From: Takakia lepidozioides
Taxonomy: Eukaryota; Plantae; Bryophyta
NCBI GenBank assembly: GCA_030704615.1
Contig: CM060734.1
Location: 48,980,001 to 49,044,000 of the forward strand
Direction of reading: 5' to 3'
Length of the DNA stretch: 64,000 bases
Below, one piece after another: positions 12,101 to 25,489 of the stretch (the stretch's first letter is position 1; every line of letters begins with the position of its first letter). Position numbers and translations under genes: made by a program. The notes under the pieces were generated by a model that was given only the letters and a program-made list of their open reading frames with translations, had not been told where the DNA came from and did not search any database.

Positions 12101-15100
12101 CAGTAAACCCTGCCTGATATGGTGGAATATGTGTTTGTTTCTCCAATGTGCAAAGGAATCTTATTCTCAGGTAGTATGCTTTCAGACCATCCAATTTGTA
12201 GTACTTTCTCCTGATTGAGATTGTGAAAAGTGTGGTGGTAATTCGAGTGTTACGTAATCCAGTGTCATATCTCTGTTGATATTGGTTTTACTAGATTTGC
12301 AAAGGGTATCATTTGACTAGGTGATCAAGATGCCATTGCAGGCAGATGCGGCTGCAGCACAAGCAAATGAGGAGGCCACAGCCCAAGCGGTGGCAGCGCT
12401 CATGTGCACGCATGGGCTGGATGTGGAGTGGCGCATTTGTGCCCTGTGGGAAGCTGCCTATGGGCTTCTTCCTCTGAATTCCTCAAAAGTGGACCTACCG
12501 GAGCTTGTTGTGGCAACCCCTCTACAACCACCCTTTCTATCTTGGAACTTGGTTCGCCCCCTCCTCCGTGTGATGGAGTATCTACCACGTGAAACCCCCT
12601 CACTGGTAGGGTTATGTTCAGTTTTTGTTCTCTACTTGCGTCCCTGGGGTCCTTAGGGCCTCCTGTGGACGTGGTAGATTTCGTTGTTTCTTCTCTTGTT
12701 TCCTCCTTCTTTCTTTGTCCCATATTTTAAGAAAAACTCCTGTCCCATAAGCTTTTTGAGCTTTCTGCAGATGTTATAATGTATTAATGATGATCTCCCA
12801 TTTCTTCCAATTGTGCCCTTTATCACACGAGTGGATAGCATGCAGCAACAGCTGAGACTAAGGCAGGTTTGATTTGCATCTAGGAGACACAGGTATGCTG
12901 AAACCCCAGACCAAAGATTAGTATCCTGTGGACACTAGGAAGGGTCATTGAGTATTCTCTTTCAAGACCTGGGTGTCTGCTTAAAACAGAAATGTTTTTG
13001 AGAGTCCTATGTGTCATGTCTCTGCAGTAAGCACATGGTAAAGTTCTGTATGTGGTCATGCATGTCTCTGTAGGTTTGCAATTATTAAAATTCACAAATG
13101 CATTTTCCTTCAGACTCGGCACTACCTTCCTCAGAAGATGCAATCAGTGACCAAGTTACCCGTTTGCAGGTCTGTATGAGGCGAATCTTTTCAGCAACAG
13201 TGGAGGCCATTCTGCAGCGCACCTTTCCTTCTGGAGAGGTGAAGGAGCAGAAGAATGGAAGTTTGAGAGGGTCGCAAGCAGGTGGGGGTGGTGCAGGTGC
13301 ACAAAGTGTGGGGATGGCAGAGCTTCGTGCCATGATACATTGTCTGTTCACGGAGTCATGCCCTTCACCAGATCTCGGCTCCCAGCTTTTGTCGGATGTG
13401 CTCACTGTCTGCCTTAGCCATGATACGCAAAGTCTTATTCGTGAAAATCTGAAGGATGGAAGAGAAGGCAGTTCAGTGGTCAAAGAGGAAGAGAGGAAAA
13501 GGTTTAAATCAGGAGATTTTTCCTTCGGTGAAGTTAGCAAAGGTAGGGGAGCAGTGGCAAAATTTGACTCTTATGTGATTGCTGCAATCTGTGCCCTTGC
13601 ATGTGAAGTACAGCTATTGTCACTGCCCCGCTCAATGTTTACATCTTCAAGGGATGGTCATCTGGGGGCGAATGGACGATCAGACAGTGGAGTTGATGGG
13701 CTGTCTAGTGGAACTCTTTTCTCTCAGGCGCTGCCGAATGTATATCCTGTTGAAGTGGCAGTTGCTGCTGATCACACAAGGCGTGTGTTGGGGCTGTTGG
13801 AGTCCTTACTTGCATTGGTGCCCTCATCCCATGGCACAGAGTTAGCAGGAGACAGCAGTTCTGGTGAGATAGTAGCTGCAGCAGTTGTGGCAGCTCATAT
13901 GTCTGGACTTCTGGGAAGGTCAAATGCATGCATACACTCACTCACAGCCATTATGAGGTGCAAGTGGGACCCTGGAATACAAGAGAAGGCAGCGTCAGTT
14001 CTTGCTTTGGTGGAAGGTAATGGTGATGTGGTTGCAACTGCAGTCCATGCTTCAAACGAGTATATGAGCAAGGATTGGAGCGCAACAGAGAAAAGAACAG
14101 AAGGGATAGAACTAGAATCGGGTGGGTCCACTAGGACTGCATCTTTGAGTTATCCAAGGCAGAAACCTATAAATGGAGCTGGGAGATGCATGGGAAAAGA
14201 GATTGCAAACTTGCCGTTGGATGCTGCGGACATGGCAAGCCTGGTTTGCAAGGACATGAACAATCGAGTTAATGGGAATGTGAGTGCATCACTTAAATTG
14301 GTGCTGACAGAGAAATGGCAGCTGGCAGTGGCGGCAGTTCCATTGTTGTGGCAGCGACTTATTTTTGCTCCTGAGATTCCTGTCAGCAGTGAGGGGACCT
14401 CTGCAAAGCGGGGGTGGCGGCAGGTGTGTTTGTAAAACTCTTCCCTTATTTTGTCTCCCATGGGAGTGTGCGAGGCATTGCCTCTTCACGAATGCTCCTG
14501 CCAGTTGGATTTAAATATGCAACTTGAATGCTGAGTTGTAGTTGTCTTTTAGTTGTAAGGGCAGTACAGTCCATCTATGCATACTCCATCCATATCCTTA
14601 GGTATTCTGGCAGGCTCTCCATTTCAAATTGAAGGTGTTCACCGTCAAATGGAAGGCAGTAGCCCCTGTGGTTGAAGAGACACCATGATTTATGCTTGCT
14701 TCAGCTGGAGTCCACCTTCTTTTTGCTAGAGCCTGGCAGCAACTTGGAGATGAACAATAGGAGGTTGAAGCAGTGGGTAAGCATGTTCGAGTATACTTGG
14801 TTATATTGAAGACAGGGTGTTGAGTAAAATTTTCACTTGTTTATTGTGTTGATATACAGCAGACATTGTTGTCTGTGGAAAGTCACCTGGGGGCTCACGT
14901 TTGATTCAAGGTTGGGTTTATTCCCTGACATTTTGTTTTGCCTGGGGATTGTAGGTTGTGGAGGCTATTTGTAATGTTGTTGTTGGACTTCCAGCCCAAG
15001 CAGCAGCAGCCATTGTTGTTCAGGTGAAATTGCTCATTCACCATCTCTCCGGAAGATTGAAGAGAGAAAAGTCCAGGAGGTAAACTGATGTGTGGAATTG

Positions 15101-16914
15101 TATGCTCCTGGTGTAGATTGAATTTATCCAGCCTTTTTTACCTCCATACTTTAAGAGTCCTGATACCAGTAGTTGCTTCTGCGAACATAGATCATCCACA
15201 GAAGGAGGGAACTGGGGGCAGGATAAGTCCTCGTAACAAAAGTGCTTGCTTTCCAGGGTTCTTGCTTTTTTTGGGTCATTTGCATGTGTTTTGTTACGTT
15301 CTCAGCAAGTCGAGGGGAAGAGGTATTTTACACAACGTTAGATTGGCTTTGGCACCTGTATGAGGCAGGCTGAAAGAGATCTGCACCCGTGGACTGGTAG
15401 GGATGACTTACAAGTGCAGCAAACAGTGTGGCGGGTCAACACTCGCATTCTCAGCCTCTTGACAGAGCTTTTGCGTCTGCATACTTCTTTGGAGGCTGTC
15501 AAGGTGGTAGTCCAATCGTCTGACCTACTGCATCGTGCCACTGATGGCATGGTCACTGAGGGTGAAGCCTGTACTTTGCCCCAGCTGGAGGTAAGACCCA
15601 CTCCTCTTGCCCATTCTTTAACCCATGTGATCACGCCATCTCTCGATGTTCTCTCTGCTAGTTATAATATACAAGACATCCCTTCACCCCCTTCTACTGG
15701 GTTGTAAGTGACCGTTACTTATTTGTCACTACTTCATTATTAGTTTGGAGGAGAGTTCGTTATTAGTTGCTGGAGGTTGACTGCAATGACATATCAGGAT
15801 ATGGCTGGAATGGCAAGGCCTAGATACATGATGTGTTTGAAGGGAAGTTTGTTACTTAGCTGTTGGAGGTTTAATGCAATGGCATATCAGGATATGGCTG
15901 GAGTGGCAAGGCCTTGACATATGACCCATCTGTTTGACTTCTATATGTGGTGGTTGTCCAGTTGCTGAACTTGTCTTAGTAACTGTGCATAAGTATATCT
16001 CCTGACAAATGGCCACTTAAAGCAGCTTCTAGAGGCTGCTGCTATGGCGGTACAAGTATTGCTCAGGTCAGAGGTCTCAGGAAAAAATGCATTGGACAAG
16101 CTATTACTACTACTAAAGGTATGGTTCTCTGTTTCCTGGCAGTTCTCCTTCACACCTTCTGTCTGAGCAGACATTAGCACTTCAAAACACCTCAAGTAAC
16201 TGTCCATTCTGATGGTACTGTATTTTGTCTGTTTTACTTGTTATTTTTTGAATCCTTGAGGTTTGGCGGGGCAAGGTATCATGTATGGATGTTGCAGGTT
16301 TTCTCCTATGGTGAGCTTACGGAGGGTGGTTTGATGTCATTGTGGAGAAACTGTGTGGAATTGTCATGCCTTTGAATGGGTCATTATGAACGTGTCTTCT
16401 GTTGGAAAAATTGGTTACCTGGTATTTCTTGCAAATGCTTTATGTGTGGGCAGGGTATTATTTATGTGAGTTGCAGTGTTTTCTCCTGAGTGCTTGATGA
16501 AATCATGAGGAGGAGTCAAGTAATAGTCGCAGGCTTGTTTGAGGGTCTGCAACTTAAAAACTATCTTTTGCCCTCCAAAGAGTCTTAGTCGGCTGCTTGT
16601 GGAATGAACAGGATCGGCTGCCAGCGATAGTGCGGTGTTTATCACACTCGAGTGCACATGTGCGAGCTCTGAGTATGGCATTACTGCGAGACATGCTGTA
16701 TGCAGAGTCCCTTCAAGGTGACTACCCCAGTAAAGGCAACAAGAGTGCTGACAACAATCGATTCTGCGAAGGCCAGACTGTGGAGGATGACTGGCGTAGG
16801 GCTGTGGAGAAATGTGTTGAATGGGAGGCATACTACAGGCGTGCCACAGGCATGTCTACCTCTTTGCTTGCAAATGCAGCAAGCTCCCTTGGTTGTTCAT
16901 TACCCACACAGTAA
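6115..16914 (+). CDS. GI: GIGANTEA circadian clock/photoperiod scaffold protein (15 coding exons, about 1167 aa)
   Basis: Hand-spliced GT-AG model with consistent phases: join(6115-6201, 8089-8160, 8399-8453, 8839-8981, 9290-9564, 9998-10056, 10670-10913, 11094-11244, 11805-12017, 12342-12605, 13170-14423, 14955-15023, 15369-15590, 16026-16118, 16612-16914) = 3504 nt. It contains hallmark GI blocks: FVLHHPEHGHA, SEQWALACGE.LRILTHYNRP, GIRSDYFRWC.GVMGKYAAG, KHPQL..STPRWAVANGA, LLEAPPSWAPDALDAAVQLVELLRAAED, GEACTLPQLE, RCLSH.SAHVRALS. The exon 9 donor (12014 vs 12017) and exon 10 acceptor (12321 vs 12342) are slightly ambiguous. Confidence 0.97.
15743..15925 (+). repeat. Diverged tandem duplication (about 92 bp x2) in GI intron 13
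   Basis: TGCAATG[A/G]CATATCAGGATATGGCTGGA[A/G]TGGCAAGGCCT occurs twice, about 93 bp apart, with similar flanks. Confidence 0.85.
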
Positions 16915-17734
16915 GATTTGTGGCAACTCTTGGGATTATTTTTTGGTGGTAAAGGTGCTGAGATTCAGGGATTTATAGGCCCAGCCCAGTGTAAAGTGGG
17001 TGGAGGTGAACAACCTCAAGGATGGAGGTGTGCTAGTGACGCCCAATACTGAGGGGAGATGGACTAATTGTCTGTGGAATATACTCAAATCCTCCTTGAC
17101 TTTCTATGGGACGCGGACAACCACCATGTGCAAGATTTTTGGGAAATGAACGGGACTCTTATCAGAACCATTTCTTCAAACATCACGGGCAGCTTCTTGT
17201 ACATTGTTTTACTCCCCTTTCTTGCACCTTTTCTTGTTTTAAGTTCTATCAGATCATTATGAGAGGCACTGTACTCCGTGCGTCTTTTGAATTTTTTATC
17301 TGTATTTTTTTTGTAGCTACTGATCGATATGATTGAAAAGGGCCAAGTTGGAAAGAATGGGTGTTTGAGAGAAATGGCAAAATGCTATTTTTAAGGTTTT
17401 AGAATGATGAAAAAGAAATCCTGGGGAGGTGGCAAGCACAATGCATGGGGCATAGAAGCTCAGTCCCAGCCCCTTACAATGGCAACCTCAGTGTGCCATG
17501 TGTTGGCCAGGACTCAACAAGATGTTACCCCTTGCACTATCCAACTGGGCAACCTACCTCTAATGCTTAGCTTTCCTTCAGACTAAATTCTGATTCTATC
17601 CCAAACCACTTTGAAGTTCTTCCATTTCAGGGCTTAGAATGCCCTGAAAGGAAGGGAGGGGGAAATCGAGAGGATGGGGAGGCCCAAAGTTTCTTGGCTT
17701 CTCCTTGCGGTTAATTCTGCCAAGAATCTGCACC

Positions 17735-17966
17735 ATAACCGGTTAGTTAGTGGAAATAACTATCCATACCCTCAGGGTATATTAAGGCATGTATATCCAT
17801 ACCCGGGGGTTATATAGAAATCTGAAAAATTAATTTACCCAAACCCGGAGGATAAATAATTTTTTGAGATTTCAATTTATCCATACCCGGAGGGTAAATG
17901 ATTTGACAAAAATAATTTACTTATACCCTAAGGGTATATTGAAATCAATATACCCGCACAAGACTG
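17735..17966. mobile_element. hAT-type MITE remnant with repeated TATCCATACC(C)...GGGT subterminal motifs
   Basis: About five copies of the subterminal motif. It ends in CACAAGACTGG (reverse complement CCAGTCTTGTG), similar to the CAGTGTTGG termini of the elements at 57.3-58.9 kb. Another such terminus (CAGTGTTGGGC) lies at 18500. Confidence 0.5.
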
Positions 17967-18979
17967 GGGGTAACCCCCTTTCTGAGCCTGAGGCGAACAG
18001 GGGACAGAGCCCAAGCCCAAGGCAGACAAAACACAATTGACAGACCAACAGGCCAATTTACCATATCAGATGCCAAACCACTGGGCCACAGCCCCAATGT
18101 GCTTAAGTTTAAGTCTGGCAAAATGAGGGTTATGCAAGAAAACCTTATGCCCTTGAAAACAGCTCTTGAAACTATGATGTTCTTTTTTCAACAACTTGCT
18201 CTAAAAACTATTTCTTTAAAAACTGAAAACCAAATAAAAGGTTATATGTTATATCATGATAATATCTACGATATTGTAGTATTTTGCCGAAAGGACTTAA
18301 GGGCTCATTTATAAGGGGGTGTCCGGGCTCGCCCATTTCAATGACTTATTCCATGACACAATCCTTAATTTGAAGCCAATGGAAGTACATTCCTTCCGTT
18401 TTCCAAGCATAGAGGTAGTAATTTGCATCAACACTGATTTGACCAAGTCCAAACAATTGATTCAGGTAAAATAATATTGTTTTAAACCAATTTTTCAACC
18501 AGTGTTGGGCAGGTATTACTTCTTTTAAGACCAAGCAGGTCCTGGTCTTGGAATATTTTCACTTTTCAATACCAGCCGATTCCATAGTATTGAAATCCAC
18601 ACAGAATCTTAATATTTGTCCGTTCTCAATAGATGAATTTGCCGACTGCTATCAACCAGTGGTTTTTTTTTTTTGCAGAAAGGGGAAGTAGCCCTTGAGA
18701 ACTTTATTATAAGTTATTGTGGGTATTCCAATTGTAACATCAACCGGTCACCAACCCGGGTATATATAATATAATATAATTTAAAGCGGTAGCTTGAGTA
18801 TGGGGCCAATTTATAAGTGTACCTGGTTTCCCAAATAGAATAAAAATGTTGCAGAAGCCCTTTGCATTACATATGCATATTTTGCCAAATATTTTGTCAA
18901 ATCAAGTGCAATCAGTTAGAAAAATTGTTCCAAGGCCAATTGTCCAACATGGCCAATTGTCCAACAGGGACAATTTTGG

Positions 18980-19975
18980 AAGGCCTTTGGCACCTTCTTG
19001 AGCAAGCAAGTTTGCTTTCTCATTGCCATGGATGCCAGTGTGCGAGCGAACTTTGAGGAGGTGGACGGGGTGGCCCTTGGTGATAGCGAGTTTGACAATA
19101 GCTGCAATGAGGTTGCGTCTAGGGGGTGGTGGTGGGAGGAGGGACAGGAGATGTGGTTTCAGAAAAGAAAGAGTGAGGTGAGGGTATCAGTAAAGATATA
19201 GTATGGAGGTGTAAAGGCATCTAGCAGGGAAAGTGCTAATTTGAAAATGGCCATAAGTTCAGCACGTAGTATGGTGGCAGGTTTAGGGAGTCTAAGGGCG
19301 ATGCCTTGGTTAGTGGTGGCGTGACATACTCCGTATCCGGCATTGGGTTTGGTAAGGGAGCCATCAGTATAGTGGGAGTTAGAAGGGGGTTATCTGAGGG
19401 GGATATTTTGTCTATATATTGAGGGAATATGGGATATAGGTGTTTGCGGAATGGCCTAGGGGGGCCGCGGAAGCGCATTTAACCATACTTTGTTAGGTTT
19501 GATTTTGGGAAATGTGTTTGATGTATGGTTACTAGAGGAGGTGGGTGGGCAGTGGGTATTTAGGTGATGGGTGGTGGCCTTCATTTTGTGCGTCCCGGTT
19601 AGTAGGTGGTTTAAGTAACTTAGGAAGGGGGTTGGTATATCGATGAGGGAGGAGTGTTGGACATGTAGAATTAAGGTTAGAGTGGGTTTCCGCTGTCGGA
19701 GGTATTTCGGAAGGGGTGGGTTATGCACGTATTTAAGCTGGTTTGATATACGGTATATGTGGGAACATGGGAGCAGCGATTGGGAACAGGGGAGCGGAGA
19801 TCCACCTGAGGGACTTAGAATTTTTTTGGAGATACAAAGAAGCATACAGGATGAAAGCGGGGGTGGGAATTTGACCACATGCCCACGAAGGGCCCTCACG
19901 TTAGCTCCCCGGGGATCGTACCGGGAAGCCTCGCACGCGTGCATTAAACTCCCATCCTATGTCTAGTGTAAACCG
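18980..19975 (-). mobile_element. Degenerate non-LTR retrotransposon fragment with RNase H domain
   Basis: Minus-strand translation of 19371 to about 18985, with one stop and a frameshift: YTDGSLTKPNAGYGV...TILRAELMAI...YIFTDTLTSL...HLLKVRSHTGIHGNEKANLLAQEGAK, which follows the catalytic D-E-D...H..D/N RNase H layout. The upstream segment 19860-19970 has a related copy at 25490-25595. Confidence 0.8.
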
Positions 19976-22900
19976 GTCTGAAGCATGCAAGGCCCTAAGA
20001 GAAAAAAGAAAAAACAGCTCCCGAATATCAACTACCATGACAATCTTAAGTGAGGGCCACATTAGACGTGAAATCAGCGCTCAAAAGCATTTGAGTTGGG
20101 ATGAGGTGAACGGCCAAAATATACTTGGTGTAAAGTGTCCCAAGAGGCTAGATTGAATTTTATTGGTTCTCTTGTAGAGAGAGACTTTGCAACATGTTCA
20201 AGTCAATGGAGAAAATGTGGTCAAAGGACCTTACACTGTGTCAAGGCTCCGATTGGTGTGTTGTGCCGAGTCATGCCCTTACTCTCACCTCCTCTTATGT
20301 TTTGCCAAAGCAAGAGAGCCCATCACCGTTTTAGGCTTGTTTTACTTTGCCTTTGATGAGGCTCATCGATGCGGAAAACCATTTTGCAAAATTTAAATTC
20401 TACTTGGCCGCTCGGTTTTTCTTTTTCTCTTTTTCAAAAAATTGAAAGGAAACCTGGGAGCGACTGGACCGTCTGCTCACAATTCAGGCCCTTGAGGAGT
20501 GGGAAATATTAACCCCCTTTCATATAAGCCATGGGGCACACAAGGGGTTGAACCCTCTAGAGTTAGGATTGTAGAAAAACTGGTCCTAAATTTCGGCTGC
20601 TGGAAATTGCTACATGAGCAGCCATAGGGACATTGATCTCCATTGACAGCCCATGTCTGATAGTACATATGCACCAGCCCAAAAGACCAAAATTAGTCCG
20701 CAGATCCACCACCACCACATTTTGGGCACCAAGTCAGTGTGGTGTGTATATAGTGGCCCTTAGCAATGTGATGAGTGACAATCTAATCAGTCTATGAGAG
20801 TAATAACTAAAAACCGCGTCTCAAACATAAAAAATATCACAAACTCTATTTACAACTTTTACCAGGTTCTTGTACAAGTAGTGACAAAATCTACTGGAAA
20901 GCCTCATAGGCAGAAATGATACACTCCTCTAAATTCTGCTTTACTATAGCTTTGTGCTCATAAACCCAATGCAAGCCATAGAGTTTGGGGGGCAGCATTA
21001 CGCATGTTTTCAATGTCGTGTCTATGCTTGGGACCCACAATTGATATGCCCTGGTTTCCTGCTGTTGATGCTGTGTCTGAGATAAGACAGAGTCAATGCG
21101 AGATTGAAACAGATAACTCCAACTCTGTGATAAAAAATCTGCAAAGCACCGTTTGATGAGTACAATCTCTTGCAAAATGAATAAGAGGGTAGAGGCTGAA
21201 GCATACTTCTTCAAAGTGGGGAGATGTGAGGTGGGCAGGAGGGTGAGCAGGCCCCGCAACTGCAGAGGGCGGGTCCACCACTCCCTCTTCCTCAGTGGGC
21301 ACCACGATGGAGTCAACAAATAAACAATTGGAGGCCGATCTAGATAATCAACCTTCCCTTTCCCACACATATAAATAGCTGTAATGAAGTTGTAAACGAC
21401 CAACCTGTCCTTGCAGGCTAAAACCCAACCTTTGGAGAGGGCGTGCTTCACAATGTTTGCTGTTGACCCTAGCCTGCATACTGCTGGGTGGGTGCGTTGG
21501 TGCGAGGAGCCGCTGATGTACCCTTTAGGATCCTGCGTGAGCCGGAGCTGGTTACAGACAGTTCGTTAAGCCTGCGGATATGGAGTCCACTGACGTGGTT
21601 CACACTGGGGGATCGGGCACTAACGAGACGCCCCCCGTCAGTGACGCTTATGCGGTCTTGTTCCTGTTCGGGCTGTTTGTGGTTGCGATGAGTAATTTCT
21701 CTGCACTTGTACTTCCTTTCGGCCCACCCTCACGCACTTTGTTTGGTAGGATGGCATAAGGCTCTTTTCTTTGCAAGACATTCTGCATAACATGTCTATG
21801 CTTCGTCAAATCCAGTATCTATGTAGATGAATTGCGATTGAGATGTTCACGAGCTTTTGGGTGTGGGTCCTTCTAGTAAAGGCAGGCAGTCAGTCCTCAA
21901 TTCCGCCCTTTGGAAGCTCTTCTGTCGTAACCCTGTATGAGAAAGAATTTGAATGTGACCTAGGGATCGAGGGCATTACTTGTTCAAACCACCTTCACAT
22001 CAGCTGTGAGATCCTTGTATCATACTGGACGGTCCTTGACAATTGTTTTAATGGGGAGAATGTTGTGGTATGTGCATGTTGGACAGCTCCTCTCACTCTA
22101 TTGCCTCTGATGCTGACTGACTCATTTGGTAGGAGAAGAGTCGGGTGGGCAGCTGCACTCTCCCCCTTGGCAGTAGCAGTGGCTGCCCTAATCGCACTAT
22201 TCACAACCCCGAATCGGGATTCTTTTGCTGAATACGTCAAACTGTGTTTCCTCCAAATGCAGCATATATATGCAGGTACTTGCTTCACCTGCAGTGCTGT
22301 CTAATTATTTTACCGATATAGGATTGTGACTGCATGCAGAAAAAGGAATCGATTTATTGAGACTGAGAGGGACTTTGTGTGGGCAGTGGCAAAACATTTG
22401 CCAGGGAATATTGTGGTATGGGTCGACTCAGGTGAGGGACTGCGCTACATCCTCAAAGGTCTGTTTGGGCTAGCGTTCTGCGGTCTCCTGACGGGCTGGT
22501 TCTTGCCTTACCTCCAGGAAGTCATCAGTTCTGTGTATGCTCAATTTAAACGGGCAGACACACAATCTGTGCAGCAAAGTTTCTCCGTATGCTCTTCACC
22601 CAGACATAGCACTATTTATGCTTTTCTCATGGAAGCAGGATTGCAGAATTTGTTTATGCTTCTGCATTTCAGTTTTAAATGTGTCACTGTATCTTTTGTT
22701 TGAAGCTCAATAGCTCTAATGAGTAGACCACATGTCTTTAGCAATAATCAGCCAGGCAATGGGGTTCAATGTGGAATTAATATCAAATTTTAAATTTTGA
22801 AAAAGAACAACTTTACAGTGGTCAGGATTCTGATGTTGCAATGGTTATTGACCATTTAAAATGATATTAGATGTGGGAATGTGTTGATGAAGCCAGAGGA

Positions 22901-25489
22901 TGTGACCATGATCCGGCAAAGGCAACAGGAAGAGCTAAACAGAAAGGCAGAACATCTGAATGAGGTGCTACGTCACCGCAGACTGGCGCACATCGAAGAG
23001 CAGGAGTGAAGATATTGAAGTAAGAAGACCTGTATTTTTGGCAGTATTTCGTTCAGTGCTATCGATGGTGCTGAATCTTCCATTGATGACCGTGTCAAAA
23101 AGTTCAGCAGAGGGCATGCCAACCTCTTCACTGGTGGAGGATGTGCACATACTTATACTGGGGAGATGTCATATCTACGCATCTCCCACCATCTTGCCAT
23201 CATCCTGTCTCTTCATCTTCTTTGGAGAGTTGCTGTTACTGTCGTTATAACAAGCAGTCTTTTCAGATTGGTCCAAGGCCAAGTATAGACAAAACTCTTT
23301 GAAGCTAGAGACTGAAGCTCAGCCATCAATCCTCACTTGTTAGTTGCTTGGACTTGCACGGGTGCAGCTTCCGGAGAGGAAAGGATGTGTCCACTGCCCA
23401 AAGCAAGGGTTCTGTACTGGAGATTGATTGTTCATCCTTGGTCTTATCTATTTATTACAATTTTTCTGTGACAGGTTTTCTTTCTGTGAATTGCAAACTC
23501 AATACTCAATAGTTGCTGATGAGCCGCAGTTTTAGGTCTCAGCCACTACGTATGGAGGGTCTAACAGACAACCACCCTGGATCTGTGTATAGACTGCAAT
23601 GGGCACCTTCAAGGTGTGCAGTTTTTTTCTGAATTCTCTGGTCAAGCAACCTTCCATGGTCACTCCAAAAATCCCACCATCCATGTACTGTTATCGGTGA
23701 GGGGCTAACAATGACCCAGAAAGAGCTTGCTGCCTTCAGCATTGGCTATTGCGCTGTACCCAAAAGCACCTAGCCATGGCCAGAGCGCCTTTAGCTGTTG
23801 GAATGTCAACATCACCTTACCACATTTCTTTTCGCTTGACCTGCACAAGAATGGACTTTTGATTAACAGCAAATGAACATGACAATGACATGTGCCTTCT
23901 GTCTGTCTTTTGTTGTGTGGCAGGCTAAAAATCTGGACATAATATTGATCACTGGCCCAAGTGAGTGGTAAGTGGATGGTTCAATATTTATTTTTATTCA
24001 TCCATGTGACACATTAAGACATGACCACGTCACAGTGTCATGGTCCAACTTTCAAATCATAACAGACAAACAGAGCAATGATCAGTAGTTGTGTCTGTAA
24101 CAAAGAAAAAAAAATTCTTCATGTGTTCCAGGATAAAAAATTTGAAACCATTTCAGTGGGACATTCCCTCCAGGTTGGGTAACAATCTAATTGTGGAACT
24201 GCTACGAGTCTCCACTGGTGATAGTACTTCATTTTCAAGAGTAGGTTTCCAGTAGCTGGCAACATACACCAAGAAATTTGGAGGAGCAGAGATTCTCTGT
24301 TTGAGACATTGCAGTATCAGAACGACTAGCTGCAGCCACAGTATTGGTATCGGCGGCCTAAAGTTGGATCTGAATGTTTTGAGCAGGATACTGCAAATGA
24401 CACTTCAGTATTTTTGCAGTTGGACCTAATTTTTGCAGATCTAAAATGATGGGGCCCACTCCTGAAGCTTTAATGACAAGGGATTTGTCTCGAGTATGAT
24501 GCAGAAAACAAAATTAAAAGAAAAAGCATAAGCCACGACCTACAAAAAATATCTTAGATCTCTCATTGACGTTTTGGGCCTGAAAAGGGCTTGGTGACCG
24601 CTGACGTGGCAGGTAAACAAGCCCAAAGCAGATTGCACCCCAAAGGCCATTTTTGGCAGAAAATTAGCAATTTTGGAAAAAGCGCTTCAGCTTGTGGTGT
24701 GTGAGCATTACATACACACATCCACCATTGGCTTTTAAAAATTTTGTAGAACAAAAAATACTTCATTTGGAGGCACATTTTCTCTTGTCAATTTTGAGAT
24801 TTCAACCCCCATGTAATTGCATGCAAAGCAAGCATAGGTGAAAAAATCAGTTGGACCTGCAATTTAGTGGGGTCATAGCCACTCCACTATTGATTTGGAA
24901 ATGGTGGGTCTTGGGGCAAGCAAAATTGGAGAAAGCTAGGTTTTGATTTGGTCAAACCAATTTCTTTCTCACTTTTTCTTTGGGACCTGATATTTGAGGT
25001 CCGGGCCAACTCTATAATCTCACAATTTCCACGGTGGACTTGGCTCATTTCTTTAGTATATCATGCATAAATGAGCTGGGCCATTGCTATAAGGCTGGAA
25101 TCTCCGGATGATTTTTGGTAGGTTTCTAGGGGCAATTTACTGCAGCTGGGTACCCAAAATTGGTAAAAAGTCAAAAAAGGGCTTGGGAACTTAAGGGTTA
25201 AGGGCTTGGGGAAATAAGTGCAAATATAATTTCTTACCCCAACTATGTATTGTTCCTTAATACCTTCATGTGTACATTTAACTTGCTTGTTGAATGATTC
25301 TCCCATTCTCTTCTCTCATGCACTCTTACGTCTGCTGCTGGTGATTCTCTCGTTTCTCACATACATACAATATCTAATCTCACTAGTGACCAGCAGATTA
25401 TATGCACTACAGCCCAATAGGGGTGAGAGAGACTACTAGTAATGGGGAAGGGCAGCAAAGGTATAACGGCAAAGGCATAAAGGTAGGGC

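Noticed and set aside
13098-13169. Start of a stand-alone 445-aa protein
   Set aside because: This is intron sequence in frame with GI exon 11. Homology begins at the CAG acceptor at 13170.
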